Below the pieces are notes generated by a model. It was given only the letters and a program-made list of their open reading frames with translations. It searched no databases and was not told where the DNA came from. A stretch of DNA of 64,000 bases from Squalus acanthias (lineage: Eukaryota): the NCBI GenBank assembly GCA_030390025.1, contig CM059432.1, positions 45,572,001 through 45,636,000 of the forward strand, given 5' to 3'. The position numbers and the translations under genes were made by a program. Shown here in pieces: positions 1 through 13,359 of the stretch (positions are counted from its first letter, which is position 1; each line of letters opens with the position of its first letter).

Positions 1-476
1 AATGCCAGGTATCCAGGCAGCCGTCATGATGCCTTCATTCTGTATCAGTCCGCTGTGCCAGCTGTATTCCAGCCACCAGGGCAAACCAAAGGGTGGCTAC
101 AGGACGACAAGGGCTATCCATTAACGATATGGCTCATGACTCTGGAGCGCAACTCACGCACACATGGGCAGCATGCGTACAATGAAAGTCATGCTGCCAC
201 ATGAAATGTGATAGCGCAGACAATTGGCGTGCTGAAACAACGTTTCCGCTGCCTGGACCACTCTGGAGGAGCCCTGCAGTACTCGGCAGAGTGGGCGTCA
301 AGATTTGTGGTGGTCGCCATCATGAAGGCACAGCCCTTGCCACCAGCTATACAACGAGCAGCTAAGGAGGAGGAGGAGAAAGAGGAAGAGGAGGAAGCGG
401 AAGGGAGGAAGCAACCTAGATAGTCCCTTTCTGCTCGGGCTGTCTGTGAAGAACTCATCCGAGTGCGATACCAGTA
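1..476 (+). pseudogene. Harbinger DDE transposase (HARBI1-like), C-terminal fragment
   Basis: NARYPGSRHDAFIL, DKGYP and IGVLKQRFRCLDHSGGALQYS motifs followed by an acidic tract; internal stops and frameshifts. Confidence 0.85.
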
Positions 477-1449
477 AACACAACCCCAATTCCCCATTCA
501 CCAACAGTCCCACACCTTATCTTCCCTCTGTCAACTGACCAGCAGAAAGTCCGCTTGGCCACAATGCAAAAGTAAACACCACCACAACATAAACATTCCC
601 AACCAAATTTATAAATCAAATCATGCCATATTGTATAAAAGCATGAACTAATCACCCTTGTGCATTCCCTTAGTGCCTGTCTTCCCTGTGCCTTTGCCTG
701 TCTTAGTGCTCCTATTAAGTGCTACCCCAGTGTCTGCAGCATGGCTGGTGGAAGGCTGCTGACTTTCAGTAGAGGAGACTGCAGATGGCCTTGCAGGATG
801 ACCTCGAGCAGCTCTGGGCCTAGAAGGCCCGGCTGCGACTGCGTCATCGCGACATGGGCGGGGTGGTTGACAGGCAACAGCAAGGGCACTGGCAGAGTGG
901 TGGGGTGGGAGGACGAATGCAGAGAGAGGACAGCAGGTTTGTGCTCCATGGAGCCACTGCCACTGCCACTCCCCCGGGGTGGCGCCTCAACATTCCTAGT
1001 AATCTGTTGGAGGGCAGATTGCTGGACTGCTGTGACACCCTGCAAGCCCCTTTGAAGACTGGTATCCACAGCCATGATAGCAGAAAGCTGAGCTTCCACT
1101 GCAGCACTCAGAATGTGGGTGGCTACTGCTTGTGCTGCAAAGGAAGCTTAGACATCGGCCATCAGACACTGCATCATGGTTGGTTCTGCAAGTGTGCTAA
1201 TTGAGTTGGCCACCGTTTCCATACTGGACAGGATGGGCTCCAAGCTCTGCGCAAAGCCCTGTGCCAAGTTGGTGCTGGACTCCTCCAAGCTCCTTGACAT
1301 TGCACGCAGGCTTTCTGGCAGGCTTCCCAATGCATCAAACATTTCATTGTGCATACCCATCAGAGTTCTTCTGTAGACCGCTACTTGCCTTGCCCTCTGT
1401 CGAGCTGGCACCTGCGCTAACCTTGCCCCCTGCTCTGGCTGCAGGGCAC

Positions 1450-3098
1450 TGTAGAATTCGCAAAATTATCGCGATTTTATAAAATAAGAAGAGACATAAA
1501 GTTTCGTACAAACAGCTTTATTTCAGCAGAATGCTGTCAGGTTTTCAAAGCGGACACAAACAGCCTGTAAAATGGCCACCACGCCTCGTGGCAGAACGTT
1601 CTAGACTTTCAATGAGCAGACAAGATGGCGTTCCAATAAACATTTGTGCAAGATCGTACAGGACTCAGCACATTTGAGATAATTGACAAGACATAATGGG
1701 TTTGCATTTTATACATAAATACTGGAATCGGTCTCCCAGGTGCGAATAAGGGCTATTGTACCGAGCGATCAAGAACCCATCCAAAGACATTAATATGCAA
1801 AATCCCCACGACTCTACGATGAGAGAGCCGTTTGCGGGTAGTTACAGAAAGCATTTGGAAGCCCCAAAACCCCTCCAGGGAGACTACTAGCCGGTTACAC
1901 AATGGGAGAAGTATTAACGGGTACTCAGACAGTTACAAGTATCACCGAAACCCATTAAAACGGAGATCACCCTATACAAGAAGTTTGAGCGCCAAAACCC
2001 TGACAAAGGATAGACATTAAGATTGGGCGGGAAAAGAGGAATTACAGCACTATAACTGTAAGGTACAACCGTCCATCTGTCTCTTGTTGCTCTTGTCTCT
2101 TGCCGCCTGCCTCTTGCTGCTCTTGCTGTTTTGACTCGCTGGAAGACTGTTGAACTTTTATTCTCTTGCCTGACGGCTCTGGACTCTGATCCGCTAGGAT
2201 CAACCTCGTGGCTTGCCGCGAAGATCTGTGTAGAACTGGGCTGTGAGGCCTTGAAACGGGCACACCATCCCGAGAAGTCGGTAAACGGTGTTGGAACCGA
2301 AGCCCCGAGATGAGATAAGATGAGATGAGATGAGATGAGAAGAGAAGAAGACGACAATACGTATCGCCACGGTCAGTAAGCCCCGACCGCGCCTGTAGGT
2401 CGAATAAACACTTTCCTTGCCCAGGAAGACCATTTCTTGAATTTTACAAACTGGTGAGGGCACAGGAAGACTCTTCTTCGAGTAGTATCGGAACTCCGAG
2501 GACAACACAGATCTTCATGACAGCAGACGGTCCAGCCTGCTAGCCGGAGCAGAGACGAGTAAACAAGTGGGGTACAGAGACCCCTGATCAACACGTGGAT
2601 AGTCAGGTGCTGCGGGAAAAACATCCGAGCAGAGTTTCGGAATTCTCCGAGTTATCACGAGTGGTGAGCATGAGTCTCGATCCTACAAATCTAGTTTAGG
2701 ACAGGTATTGATAGGGGAGGGTTTAAGTTTTAAGGATAATTGTAATGTGTGCCCCCTTTTACGATGTGTCATGCGCTCCTCGTTTCCCTAAAATTAGTTA
2801 CATAACTGTGTGTAAGATTGTACTGTCATTAATCTGTGCTTATGACATGTATCTCGTAATCTTGAATAATATGCAATAAAGATTTTCCATTTCGCACTAT
2901 TCAACCGGGTCTACCTGAGTTTTTCTCTGCATTATTGCTCTCGCACCTAAGTCCAGTGTCAGAACCGTAAGGGCGAGTGGGTCGAACCACTCACAGGTGT
3001 CTAGTGTTATCAGGCTGGCTGGAGACCAGAACAGGCAACAAGGCCTAACCCCGCACTAGCACCCAGGCTAAGCACAGAGCCGCAGGTCACCCCTTACA
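1450..3098 (+). mobile_element. Solo LTR (1649 bp) related to the LTRs of the provirus at 27604-42031
   Basis: TGTAGAATTCGC...CCCCTTACA ends; GCAC TSD at 1446-1449 and 3099-3102; AATAAA at ~2875; its 3' block is nearly identical to the proviral LTR. Confidence 0.95.
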
Positions 3099-4282
3099 GC
3101 ACTCGCGCCCAGTGTCTCACCACGTGGAGATCCCACCTCTATGCTATCCTCTAAATTACGCAGTGTCAGTATCTAAGCTGGTGGCTGTGAGTGTGAAATC
3201 GCATGATGGAGTGTCTTCATCGTAACTGTCTTCTTGCTCTTCCACCACTGCCTGGGCAGGTTGCAGTTCTTGGGTATCTGAAAGGAGAAAGGCACAAGAA
3301 TAGGGTTGTGGTGAGGGGAGGGGAGAAAAGTAAATGGTGCATGCTTACACCATCTGCAGCTTGTAAATCAGAAGAGATTATGGGATGAGAGGGAAGAGCG
3401 ATGTGAGAAGAATTAAGTATGAGGATACCGTCATCTTCGATGGTTTCAGCCCCACCGCTGGCCACGGCCTCAGCAATGGCCATCCCAATAATGGCCAGAA
3501 CCGTCTCCTCCATGGGGGATAGGAAATTCAGGCGCGCCTGTCCCCCACCGGTTAGCTCCTGCTGCCTCTGGTTGTGTGCCAGCTTGACCTGCAAGAGAGA
3601 GGGAAGTGTGTCAATGAGTGTTGTGCAATTTGTTTGAGTGATGTGGCCATTATGTTGAATAGCTGGCAGTGTTTTCAAGCTGTGAGATATGGGTGTGAGA
3701 CTTGTAGCAGTGATAAGTGTGTGATGGTGAGGTGAAGCATATGCATGTTAGGTATGAGTCCTGATTGATAGAGATTGTGGCCGCAAACTTTGGCTCCGTA
3801 GCACCTGTTGTTTGGGCACTACGGGTGCCAATTCAGGATCAAAATGCCGCCCGTGGTGTGCGTGCACACTTCTGGTGCAGGCCGCGCCAACGCCATCTTG
3901 AGTAGGGCGTTAATACGGGTGCAGGGAGCATGCGCCGGAAGTATGCAGAGTAGGCAGATCGTGACATGAAGCAGCATGCAACGCTGATTTGACGCCAATG
4001 CTGCCATTTTGTATCTCAAAGCTCCAGTTAAAGCTAAACACGCACAGCTGAACACGCATTCAGCAGCAGGAAGGACCCACACCAGCGCTATTTAAAGGGA
4101 TCATCAACTACTTATAGGTTAGTTGCTGATTGATTTCTACTGGCTGTTGCTGAGTTTGTAGAAGTGTTTGGTGCTTTGTACAGTTCTTTCACATTGCCAA
4201 CGTCTACAGGGAGTGGTGTGGCAGGTGCTGAAGGACTTTGTCCTGTCTTCAAGGATTTTGCACAAACTAATTGCTCCCAGAC

Positions 4283-5390
4283 ATGGATGCAATAGTTGGC
4301 GTTCCCCTTGGAATACAGAATCTCAGGGAGAATGAGCTGAGGCAACACAGAGCAGGACAAGCTGCTAGAAGAGGGAGGAGGAGGAGGGAGGAGAAGGGCT
4401 CTCAGCAGGAGGCCATATCCACCCAGGGAGTTCAGGGAGCAATTCTCCTACCTGAGCCTCAGCGAGGAACAATGTGTGAGACGTCTGTGCTTCAGTAAGG
4501 ACGTCCTCACTGAAATCTGCCACCTGCTGTAGACACAACTGCAACCTCAGAGCAGGGCAAGGACCGCATTGCCAGTGGCTGTGAAGGTGACCGTGGCCAT
4601 GACCTTTTTGCGTCTGGCTCCTTCCAGACTGGAGCTGGAGATATTTGCAACATCTCGTAGTTTGCCGTCAACTGTTGCGTAAGTGAGGTCACTGATGCTC
4701 TCTATTCAAAGAGAGCTGACTACATTTCATTCTCTCTTGCCAGAGAGCAGCAGGCGGAGCGAGCACATGACTTTGCGAGGATTGCAGGCTTCCCCATGCA
4801 TGCACGTCGCTTTGTGGGCGCCGCATCTCAACTCTGAAATGTACTGCAACTGAAGGGGATTCCACTCCCTCAATGTCCAGCTGGTTTGCGACCATGCTCA
4901 GTGAATCATACAAGTTAATGTCTGGTATCCTGGCAGCAATCATGAAGCCTTCATTCTGTGGCAGACCGCTGTCCCATTTGCATTTCAGCCACCACGTCAA
5001 ATCAAAGGGTGGCGATTGGGTGACAAGGCATATCTGCTGACAAAATGGGTCATGACTCCGGTGCGCAACCCACACACACATGGGCAGAATTTATACAATG
5101 AAAGCCATGGTGCTACATGAAACATCATCGAGCATGCCATTGGCACGCTGAAGCAACGCTTCCGCTGCTGGACAGCTCTTAGGAGCCCTGCAGAGCGGGT
5201 GTCGAGATTTGTGGTGGTCTGCTGCATGCTGCACAACCTCGCCATCATGAGGGCACAGCCATTGGCACCAGCTATATGGGGGACAGCTGAATAGAAGGAG
5301 GAGGAGGAAGAATAAGGGAGGAGGTAATCCAGACAGCCTCTTTCTGGCTGGGCTGTCCGTGACTGACTTATCCAACTGCGATAGCAGTAA
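4283..5390 (+). pseudogene. Harbinger transposase of copy B
   Basis: MDAIVGVPLG start; RTALPVAVKVTVA, FASGSFQ, GFHSLNVQLVCDH, YPGSNHEAFIL and IEHAIGTLKQRFRC motifs spread over several frames. Confidence 0.85.
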
Positions 5391-5554
5391 ACGCAACCCT
5401 AATTCCCCATTCACCAACAGTCCCACACCTCACCGTCCCTCTGTCACTGACCATCACAGTGTCTGCTAGGCCACAATGCAAAATAAATGGCAACACAAAA
5501 TAAACATTCCATAACCAAATTTATAAATAAAATCATGCCACATTGCATTCAAAA

Positions 5555-6710
5555 CCAGATGGGCTTGGAGGACGACCTCGAGCATCTCTGGGCCTAGAAG
5601 GCCCAGCTTCAGACTGCACACCTCGGCATGGGCGGCAGCAGTATGGACAGGCTGGCTGACAGGCAACAGCAAGGGCACTGGTGGAATGGCAAGTGTGGGA
5701 GGATGAATGCTGCCATCTTGAGAGAGGACAGCAGGTTTGTGCTCCACAGAACCACTGCCACTCCCCCAGGGCAGCGCTTCAGCAATCCTAGTAATCTGTT
5801 GGAGGACAGATTGCTGGACTGCTGTGACACCCTGCAAGCCCCTTTGAACACTGGTAAGCACAGCCACGATGGCAGCAGTCTGAGCTTCCACTGCAGCACT
5901 CAGTTGGGTGGCTGCTGCTTGTGCTGCAGTGGAAGCTGAGACATCAGCCATCAGATGCTGCATCATGATTGGGTCCACAAATGTGCTAATGGAGTTGGCC
6001 ATCACTTCCATGCTGGTAAGGTTGGGCTCCAAGCTCTTCGCAAAGCCCTGTACTAAGTTGCTGTCGGACCTCTCCATGCTCCTTGACATTGAATGCAGGC
6101 TTTCTGGCAGGCCTGCCAATGCACCTAGCATTTCATTGTGCATATGCTCAGCCGTCTTCTGTAGCTGGCCCCATCGATGTGCTCATCTGAGTGCTCTGCA
6201 GCAGAACTCGTGTGCGACTTCGCCCTCTGGGGAGCTGGCACCTGGGCTACCCTAGCCCACTGCCCCGGCTGCAGGCCATCCATGCTCGGTGTCTCACCAT
6301 GTGCAGATCTGGCGTCTAAGCTATCCTCTAAAGTACGCAGAGTATCAGTATCTGAGCTGATGGCTGTGAGTATGAAAGCAAGTGACGGTGCTGTGTCTTC
6401 AACATCATGCCTTCTTCCTCTTCCAGTTCTTGCTCTGCCACCACTGCCTGGCCAGGTTGCAGTTCTTGAGTATCTGAAAGGGGAAAGGCACAAAGGTAGG
6501 GTTGTACTGAAGGGTGGGGAGAAAGCAAGAGGTGCATGCTTACACCATCTGTAGCTTGTAAATCAGAAGAGATTTTAGGATGAGGGGGAAGAGAAATGTG
6601 AAAAGGAGGATTAGGTATGAGGATACCGTGTTTGATAGTTTCAGCCCTGCCGCTGGCTATGGGCTTAGCGAATGCCGATCCAATTATGTCTAGTATCATC
6701 TTCTCCATGG
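5555..6710 (-). pseudogene. Harbinger partner gene of copy B (part of exon 2 plus exon 3)
   Basis: MHNEMLGALAGLPESLHSMSRSME...SVQRGLQGVTAVQQSVLQQITR is shared with the other copies; exon 1 is deleted. Confidence 0.75.
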
Positions 6711-7959
6711 GCCTGCATCAGAAGAAACGGGCGCGGGTTAATCACGCATCACGATCCCCACCCCCATTTTTGGGGGCTATCAAATTTAGCCCCCTGTTGG
6801 TGGGTGAGTGATGGGTGTGCAGTGAGTGAGCAGTGGATGAGGCTAGGGGTGCAGTTAGTAGGCTATGGCATTTGAAAATGCATTCACTGACCTTGACTAC
6901 TTGTGTGAGGTCATTGAACTTATTGCGGTACTGCATCCAGGTCCTCGGAGCTTGACTCCTGGCATTGACCTCCACTATGTGGTCTCACTTCCTTTTGTGT
7001 GTGAGTCTGGAGGGCCTCCTGGCCCCCTGTGGATACAGGACCTCTCTCCTCCTATCTAGCTCCTCCACCAATGCCTCCAGTGCAGTGTCCGAACACCTTG
7101 AAGCATGCTCTCTCATATGTTGTGCATCACTGTTTCCCAGGTCAGATTCACATCCTGCACAAATCCCAGCACCTGCTCCAGCCACAATGCATCTCCCCTT
7201 TAAGAGGTGCAGGCTAGCTTTAAGCAGTGCAGGCTAGCTTTAAGTGGTGCTAGCAAGTAACGATATTGGACCCCTGCTGATGCGTCCAGCTAATGAACAG
7301 CACGGTTAGCACTGGCTGGATCCTGAAATCATGTTAATGAGCAGGAAGCAGGAAGTTGGTCTGCTGCTTGCATTTTAATCAACTAGCTGGGTTAATCGCC
7401 CATTGCAATATCTGCGCACGTTTTCGGGGGCTATCCAATTTAGCCCCCCGATCTTCTCGCCCCCCTCCCCGCCCACCCCCCCCAAAATCAAAGGACCGTA
7501 TCCAGGGGTGTTCCCAGCTTTCCTTGGGAAATTCCACCCAATACACCAACTGGTAGGCCCGACAGAACTCACATCTGCTGAGAGCAGGTGAAGGTTCTGT
7601 TATAGCGCTAGCTCAGAGAAAGGTTAATCAATCTCAGAAGGGATTGATTATCTTGCAAGGAGAGTCCAATAGCTCTTTTGAGAGCTGAAAAGTTCTGCTG
7701 CACTATTTAGGTGAGGTCCTACTTGAGCCTCTGGTGTTGAATCGGAGCGGCATGGCACCGCTGATGCGTTGATACAAGTGCAATGCACCCACCTCGACCT
7801 TACTAATGATTCTGTCCCCGCAACTTGGGATGGTGTTGGCATCCGCGGAAGTCGGTGAACTTCGGCCCTGTTCCACTTCACTTCTGCTGGTAGAGTGGAG
7901 GCATTGGAGTTTTCACATTTGTGAAGTGGGTGCAACAATTTATAGCATCGTAGGAGATG

Positions 7960-10821
7960 TGGCATGAGTATAGAAATAGGAGGATAGAGCAGATGAATGT
8001 GTGGCTGGAGAGATGGTGCAGGAGGGAGGGCATCAGATTCCTTGGACATTGGGACCAGTTCTGGGGGAGGTGGGACCTGTACAGGCCAGACGGGTTGCAC
8101 CTCAACAGAGCCGGAACCAATGTCCTCGCAGAGGGGTTTGCTAGTGCTGTTGGGGAGGGTTTAAACTAATTTGGCAGGGGGATGGGCACCAGGATGTAGC
8201 AGTAGAAAGGAGAAATAAAGTGCACAAAGGATGGGGAGAGACAGATAGCACTAGAGTAAGAAATAGTAAGGTATTAGGTGGGGTCAGATTAAGAGAGAAT
8301 ACAAAAAGGTCTAAGACAGGTTTACAGTGCATGTGTGTAAACGCACACAGTGTGGTGAATAAGGTTGGTGAGCTGCAGGCACAAATAGCCACAGGGGAAT
8401 ATGATGTCATGGCAATAACGGAGACCTGGCTCAACAAAGGGCAGGATTGGATTTTAAATATTCCTGGATATAAGGTGTTCAGGAAAGATAGGGAAGGAAA
8501 GAAAGGTGGGGTGGCAGTATTGGTTAAGGAAAATGTTACAGTGCTGGAGAGAGAGGGTGTCCTGGAGGGGTCAAGGACAGAATCTATTTGGTTAGAGTTA
8601 AGAAATAATAGAGGTGCCATTACACTACTAGGTGTATTCTATAGGCCGCCAACTAGTGGGAAGGATATAGAGGAGCAAATTTGCAGGGAAATTACAGAGA
8701 GGTGCAAGAACTATAGAGTAGTAATAATGGGGGACTTCAATTATCCTAAGAGACTGTAATAATAATAGTGTAAAGGGCAGAGATGGGGAAGAATTTCTGA
8801 AGTGTATTCAGGCGAACTTTCTTGATCAGTACGTTTCCGGCCCAACGAGGATGTAGGCATTGGTGGATATGGTTCTGGGGAATGAGGTGGGCCAAGTGGA
8901 GCAAGTGTCAGCAGGGGAACATTTAGGGAACAGTGATCACAGTATCACAAGGTTTATATTAACTATGGAAAAGGACAGGGAGCAATCTAGAGTAAAAATA
9001 CTTAATTGGAGGATGGCAAATTTCAGTGGGTTGAGAACGGATCTGGCCTGGGTAAATTGGAATCAAAGATTGCAGGCAAAACTGTAATCGAACAATGGGC
9101 TGCCTTTAAAGAGGAGATGGTTCGGGTATAGTCGAGGTACATTCCCATGAGGGGAAAGGTAGGGCAACTGAAGCCAGAGCTCCCTGGATGATGAAAGAGA
9201 TAGAGAGTAAGATGAAGCAGAAAAAGAATGCATATGACAGATGTCAGGTTGAGATTACAAGTGAGAATCAGGCTGAATATAAAAAATTAAGAGGGGAAGT
9301 GAAACAGAAAATAAGAGGGGCAAAGAGAGAGTATGAGAATAGACTGGCAGCTAACATAAAAGGGAATTCAGAAGTCTTCTATAGGCATATAAATAGTAAA
9401 CGGGTAGTAAGAGGAGGGGCGGGGCTGATTAGGGACCAAAAAGGAGATCTACGCATGGGGGCAGAGGGCATGGCTGAGGTACTAAATGAATACTTTGTAT
9501 CTGTATTCAACAAGGAAGAAGATGCTGCCAATGTCATAGTGAAACAGGAGTTGGTGGAGATACTGGATGAGATAAAAATTGATAAAGAGGAGGTACTAGA
9601 AAGGCTGGTTGTACTTAAAGTTGATAAGTCACCAAGACCGGATGGGATGGACTTCCAAAAGGTGTTTGATAAAGTGCTACATAATAGGCTTGCCAGCAAA
9701 ATTGAAGCCCATGGAATAAAAGGGACAGTGGCTGCATGGATATGAAATTGGCTAAGTGACAGAAAACAGAGAGTAGTGGTGAACAGTTGTTTTTTCGGAC
9801 TGGAGGAAGGTATACAGTGGTGTTCCCCAGGGGTCGGTACTAGGACCACTGCTTTTCTTGATATCTATTAATGACTTGGACTTGGGAGTACAGGGCACAA
9901 TTTCAAAATTCGCAGATGACACAAATCTTGGAAGTATAGTGAACAGTGAGGAGGATAGTGATAGACTTCAAGAAGACATAGACAGGCTGGTGGAATGGGC
10001 GGACACGTGGCAGATGAAATTTAACACAAAAAAGTGCAAAGTGATACATTTTGGTAGGAAGAACGAGGAGAGGCAATATAAACTAAAGGGTACAATCCTA
10101 AAGGGGGTGCATGAACAGAGAGACCTGGGGGTGTTTATGCACAAATCATTGAAGATGGCAGGACAGATTGAGAAAGCGGTTAAAAAAGCATACAGGATAC
10201 TGTGCCTCATAAATAGAGGCATAGAGAACAAAAGCAAGGAAGTTATGATGAACTTTTATAAAACACTGGTTCGGCTTCAACTGGAGTATTGTGTCCAGTT
10301 CTGGGCACTGCACTTTAGGAAGGATGTGAAGGCCTTCGAGAGGGTGCAGAAAAGGTTTATGAGATTGATTCCAGGGATGAGGGACTTCAGTTACGTGGAT
10401 AGACTAGAGAAGCTGGGGTTGTTCTCCTTAGAGCAGAGAAGATTGAGAGGAGATTTGATAGAGGTGTTCAAAATCATGAGGGGTCTAGACAGAGTAGATA
10501 GAGAGAAGCTGTTCCCATTGGTGGAAGGGTCGAGAACCAGATGACACAGATTTAAGGTGATCGGCAAAAGAACCAAAGACGACATGAGGAAAAACTTTTT
10601 TACGCAGCGAGTGGTTAGGATCTGGAATGCACTGCCTGAAAGGGTGGTGGAGGCAGACTCAATCGTGCTTTCAAAAGGGAATTGGATAAGTACCTGAAAC
10701 GGGGAAAGGGCAGGGGAGTGGGACTAGCTGAAGTGCTCTTGCAGAGAGCCGGCACGGGCTCGATGGGCCGAATGGCCTCCTTCTGTTCTGTAACCATTCA
10801 ATGATTCTATGATTCTATGAT
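7960..10821 (+). mobile_element. CR1 LINE, 5'-truncated, with ORF1 esterase C-terminus (7960-8169) and decayed ORF2 APE-RT (8220-~10740)
   Basis: DGLHLNRAGT (SGNH esterase); CVNAHSVVNK, ITETWL, MGDFNYP and SDH (APE); GVPQGSVLGP and KFADDT (RT); (ATTCTATG)n tail at ~10796-10821. An internal deletion joins PDGM to DFQKVFDKV at ~9650. Confidence 0.93.
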
Positions 10822-11041
10822 CATCGCAAACCAGCAAAAAATAGTGCAGCTATAAAAATAAACAGAAATATAGGAAATATGAAATAAAAACATATTTAAA
10901 AACTGCACAATAGGTTGATTAACATCTGAAATAAAGATTCACTAATGTTTCAAATCTGACTCATTATCAAAACACGGTAGCGCAGCATTCTACTCTCTTT
11001 CATTCTACAATATGAAGATACAGTCCATAAAATAACAATAT

Positions 11042-11215
11042 GGGGGTAATTTTGACCTAACCCGGCCGTTGAGAAACTGATGGGATTGGTTCCATCACTT
11101 GATTTACACCCCGCTCAATTGCACTCAATAGAAATTAAAATCAGTCAGGGTGTAAAATGGGAGATTGTTCCGTTCCTCTCAGTTACCCACCAGGCTGGTT
11201 CGGTTATAATTTCAC
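11042..11215. repeat. Old palindromic MITE-like element
   Basis: Imperfect inverted arms (GGGGGTAATTTTGACC...GGTTATAATTTC; TTTACACCC...GGGTGTAAA). Confidence 0.4.
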
Positions 11216-11376
11216 ATTTTTAGAGAACTGTATTTGTTCCATTATGCACACATCTCACTGTACTGACTACTTAAACTCCAGAAGCTGTAATATTACAATG
11301 GAAAAATCCACTGCACCAAAAATCAAAGATGGCGGATCCTCAAACATTTCCAGGGTCTCCCCTACACATCATTTTT

Positions 11377-13359
11377 GGCTGGATTTTACTGTAGAAATAA
11401 TGGGGAGGGTAACAGCGCTCACTGTTATCAAAGTGTAAATCGGACAGCAACCTCCGGCGACCACGCATGTGCAATTAAACATGGAAATCAGGAAGTTGCT
11501 GGTTGAATTGCCCTGCTCCTCCAGAAGCTTCGCTATAACAGTATCTCGCCGATATACTCGGCATTGCAATACATGGAATCGCATGAAGTTGCTGCATTTA
11601 AGAACATAAGAACATAAGAAATAGGAGCAGGAATAGGCCACTTGGCCCCTCAAGCCTGCTCCGCCATTCAATAAGATCATGGCTGATCTTGGGCTCAAAG
11701 CCACTTCTCTGCCCGCTCCCCATAACCCTTCACTCCCTTATCTTGCAAAAATGTGTCTATCTCCACCTTAAATGTATTTAATGACCCAGCCTCCACAGCT
11801 CTCTGGGGCAGAGAATTCCACAGATTTATGACCCTCTGAGAGAAGAAATTCCTCCTCATCTCAGTTCTAAAAGGGCGACCCTTTATTCTGAAACTATGCC
11901 CCCGAGTTCTAGATTCCCCCACGAGGGGAAACATCCTCCTGCATCTACCTTGTCGAGCCCCCTCAGTATCTTATATGTTTCAATAAGATCACCTCTCATT
12001 CTTCTAAATTCCAATGAGTATAGGCCCAGCCTGCTCAACCTTTCCTCATAAGTCAAGCCCCTCATCTCTGGAATTAACCTAGTGAATCGTCTCTGAACTG
12101 CCTCCAATGCAAGTATATCCTTCCTTAAATAAGGAGACCAAAACTGTACGCAGTACTCAAGGTGTGGTCTCACCAATACCCTGTACAGTTGTAGCAGGAC
12201 TTCCCTGCTTTTATACTCCAACCCCTTTGAAATAAAGGCCAACATTCCATTTGCCTTTTTGATTACTTGCTGTACTTGCATGCTAACTTTTTGTGTTTCA
12301 TGCACAAGGACCCCCAGGTCCCTCTGAACTGTAGCATTTTGTAATCTCTCTCCATTTAAATAATAATTTGCTTTTTTATTTTTCCTGCCAAAGTGGATAA
12401 CCTCGCACTTTCCCACATTATACTCCATCTGCCAAATGTTTGCCCACTCACTTAGCCTGTCTATATCCCTTTGCAGGTTCTTTGAGTCCTCTGCACAACT
12501 TGCTTTCCCACCCATCTTTGTATCATCCGCAAACTTGGCTACATTACACTCGGTCCCTTCATCCAAGTCATTAATGTAGATTATAAATAGTTGAGGCCCC
12601 AGCACCGATCCCTGTGGCACCCCACTAGTTACCGTTTGCCAACCGGAAAATGACCCATTTATCCTGACTCTGCTTTCTGTTAGTTAGCTAATACTCTATC
12701 CATGCTAATATATTACCCCCAATTCCGTGAGCTCTTATCTTATGCAGTAACCTTTTATGTGGCACCTTATCGAATGCCTTCGGAAAATCTAAATACACCA
12801 CATCCACTGGTTCACCTTTGTCCACCCTGTGGTGATAGATACCCACTAAACTCGCCAGAAAATGTTAGTGCGTGTCCATTCCAGTCTAAGTAAATTTTGA
12901 ATGGCGTGATAAGCCTCAATTAATGCCAAACAATCTCGCTAGCACTAAAAATTAACTTTTTCAAGTGTGGAGTCTCATTCCTTCAGATTTTAATTATTAT
13001 TGGAGATTTAAAAAAATTAAAATATTTAATTTTTTTTCACTTTTTCTGTTTCTTTCATCTCCATCTCAATCCCATCTTTATTTCCCACTTTATTTTGCTT
13101 TCTGTAACTGATTTGACATTGAATTAAATATTCTGACTGACACTTCCTGGTTCAGACTGTGTGCCGCTCATTAACGATTCTTCAATCTGATTGGTTAAGG
13201 AGATACACAGTTGCTTGCCCTGTGGAGGGCGCTGTGCCGAAATGGCTCTCCTAATTACAGTAAGTTCCAGTGCAAAACCCCATAGAAAGTCTGTGGGCAA
13301 GTGCAAGTGTAATGAACAGCTGGCACCATTTATTTGTCACTGAGCGCAAAATCCGGCCC
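11377..13359. mobile_element. Non-autonomous TIR element (Harbinger-type ends) interrupted by a CR1 fragment
   Basis: GGCTGGATTTT at the left and AAAATCCGGCCC at the right, the same terminal inverted repeat (TIR) type as 47351-48043. Confidence 0.55.
11601..12829 (-). mobile_element. CR1 LINE 3' fragment (RT C-terminal half, 3' UTR and tail)
   Basis: PQGSVLGPQLFIIYINDLD...KFADDTK...RPHLEYCVQFWSP; (AAGAACAT)n tail on + at 11601-11620. Confidence 0.93.

Larger units (their letters stand above)
3778..6793. mobile_element. Harbinger copy B nested in intron 1 of copy A
   Basis: Left end TGGCCGCAAACTTTGGCT matches the reverse complement of the terminus at ~59500; right end GGGGGCTATCAAATTTAGCCCC; TTG/CTG 3-bp flanks; contains transposase and partner-gene remnants. 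Confidence 0.85.
720..7116 (-). pseudogene. Harbinger partner gene of copy A: Myb/SANT-like DNA-binding protein with a long C-terminal helical region; 3 exons (~7116-6892, 3588-3429, 3277-~720)
   Basis: Exon 1 reads MREHASRCSDTALEALVEELDRRREVLYP...EVNARSQAPRTWMQYRNKFNDLTQVVK. The GT/AG junctions are shared with the copies at 17.7-19.9 kb and 56.3-57.7 kb. Disrupted by stops and insertions. Confidence 0.75.
1..7448. mobile_element. Harbinger/PIF DNA transposon copy A (decayed; left end outside the window), interrupted by a solo LTR (1450-3098) and by Harbinger copy B (3778-6793)
   Basis: Transposase C-terminus on + converges on a spliced Myb/SANT-like gene on -. The terminus GGGGCTATCCAATTTAGCCCCC at ~7427-7448 matches the termini at ~6773-6793 and ~17397. 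The intron sequence GATAGAGATTG|TTGGTGGGTGAGTG is split by copy B. Confidence 0.85.
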
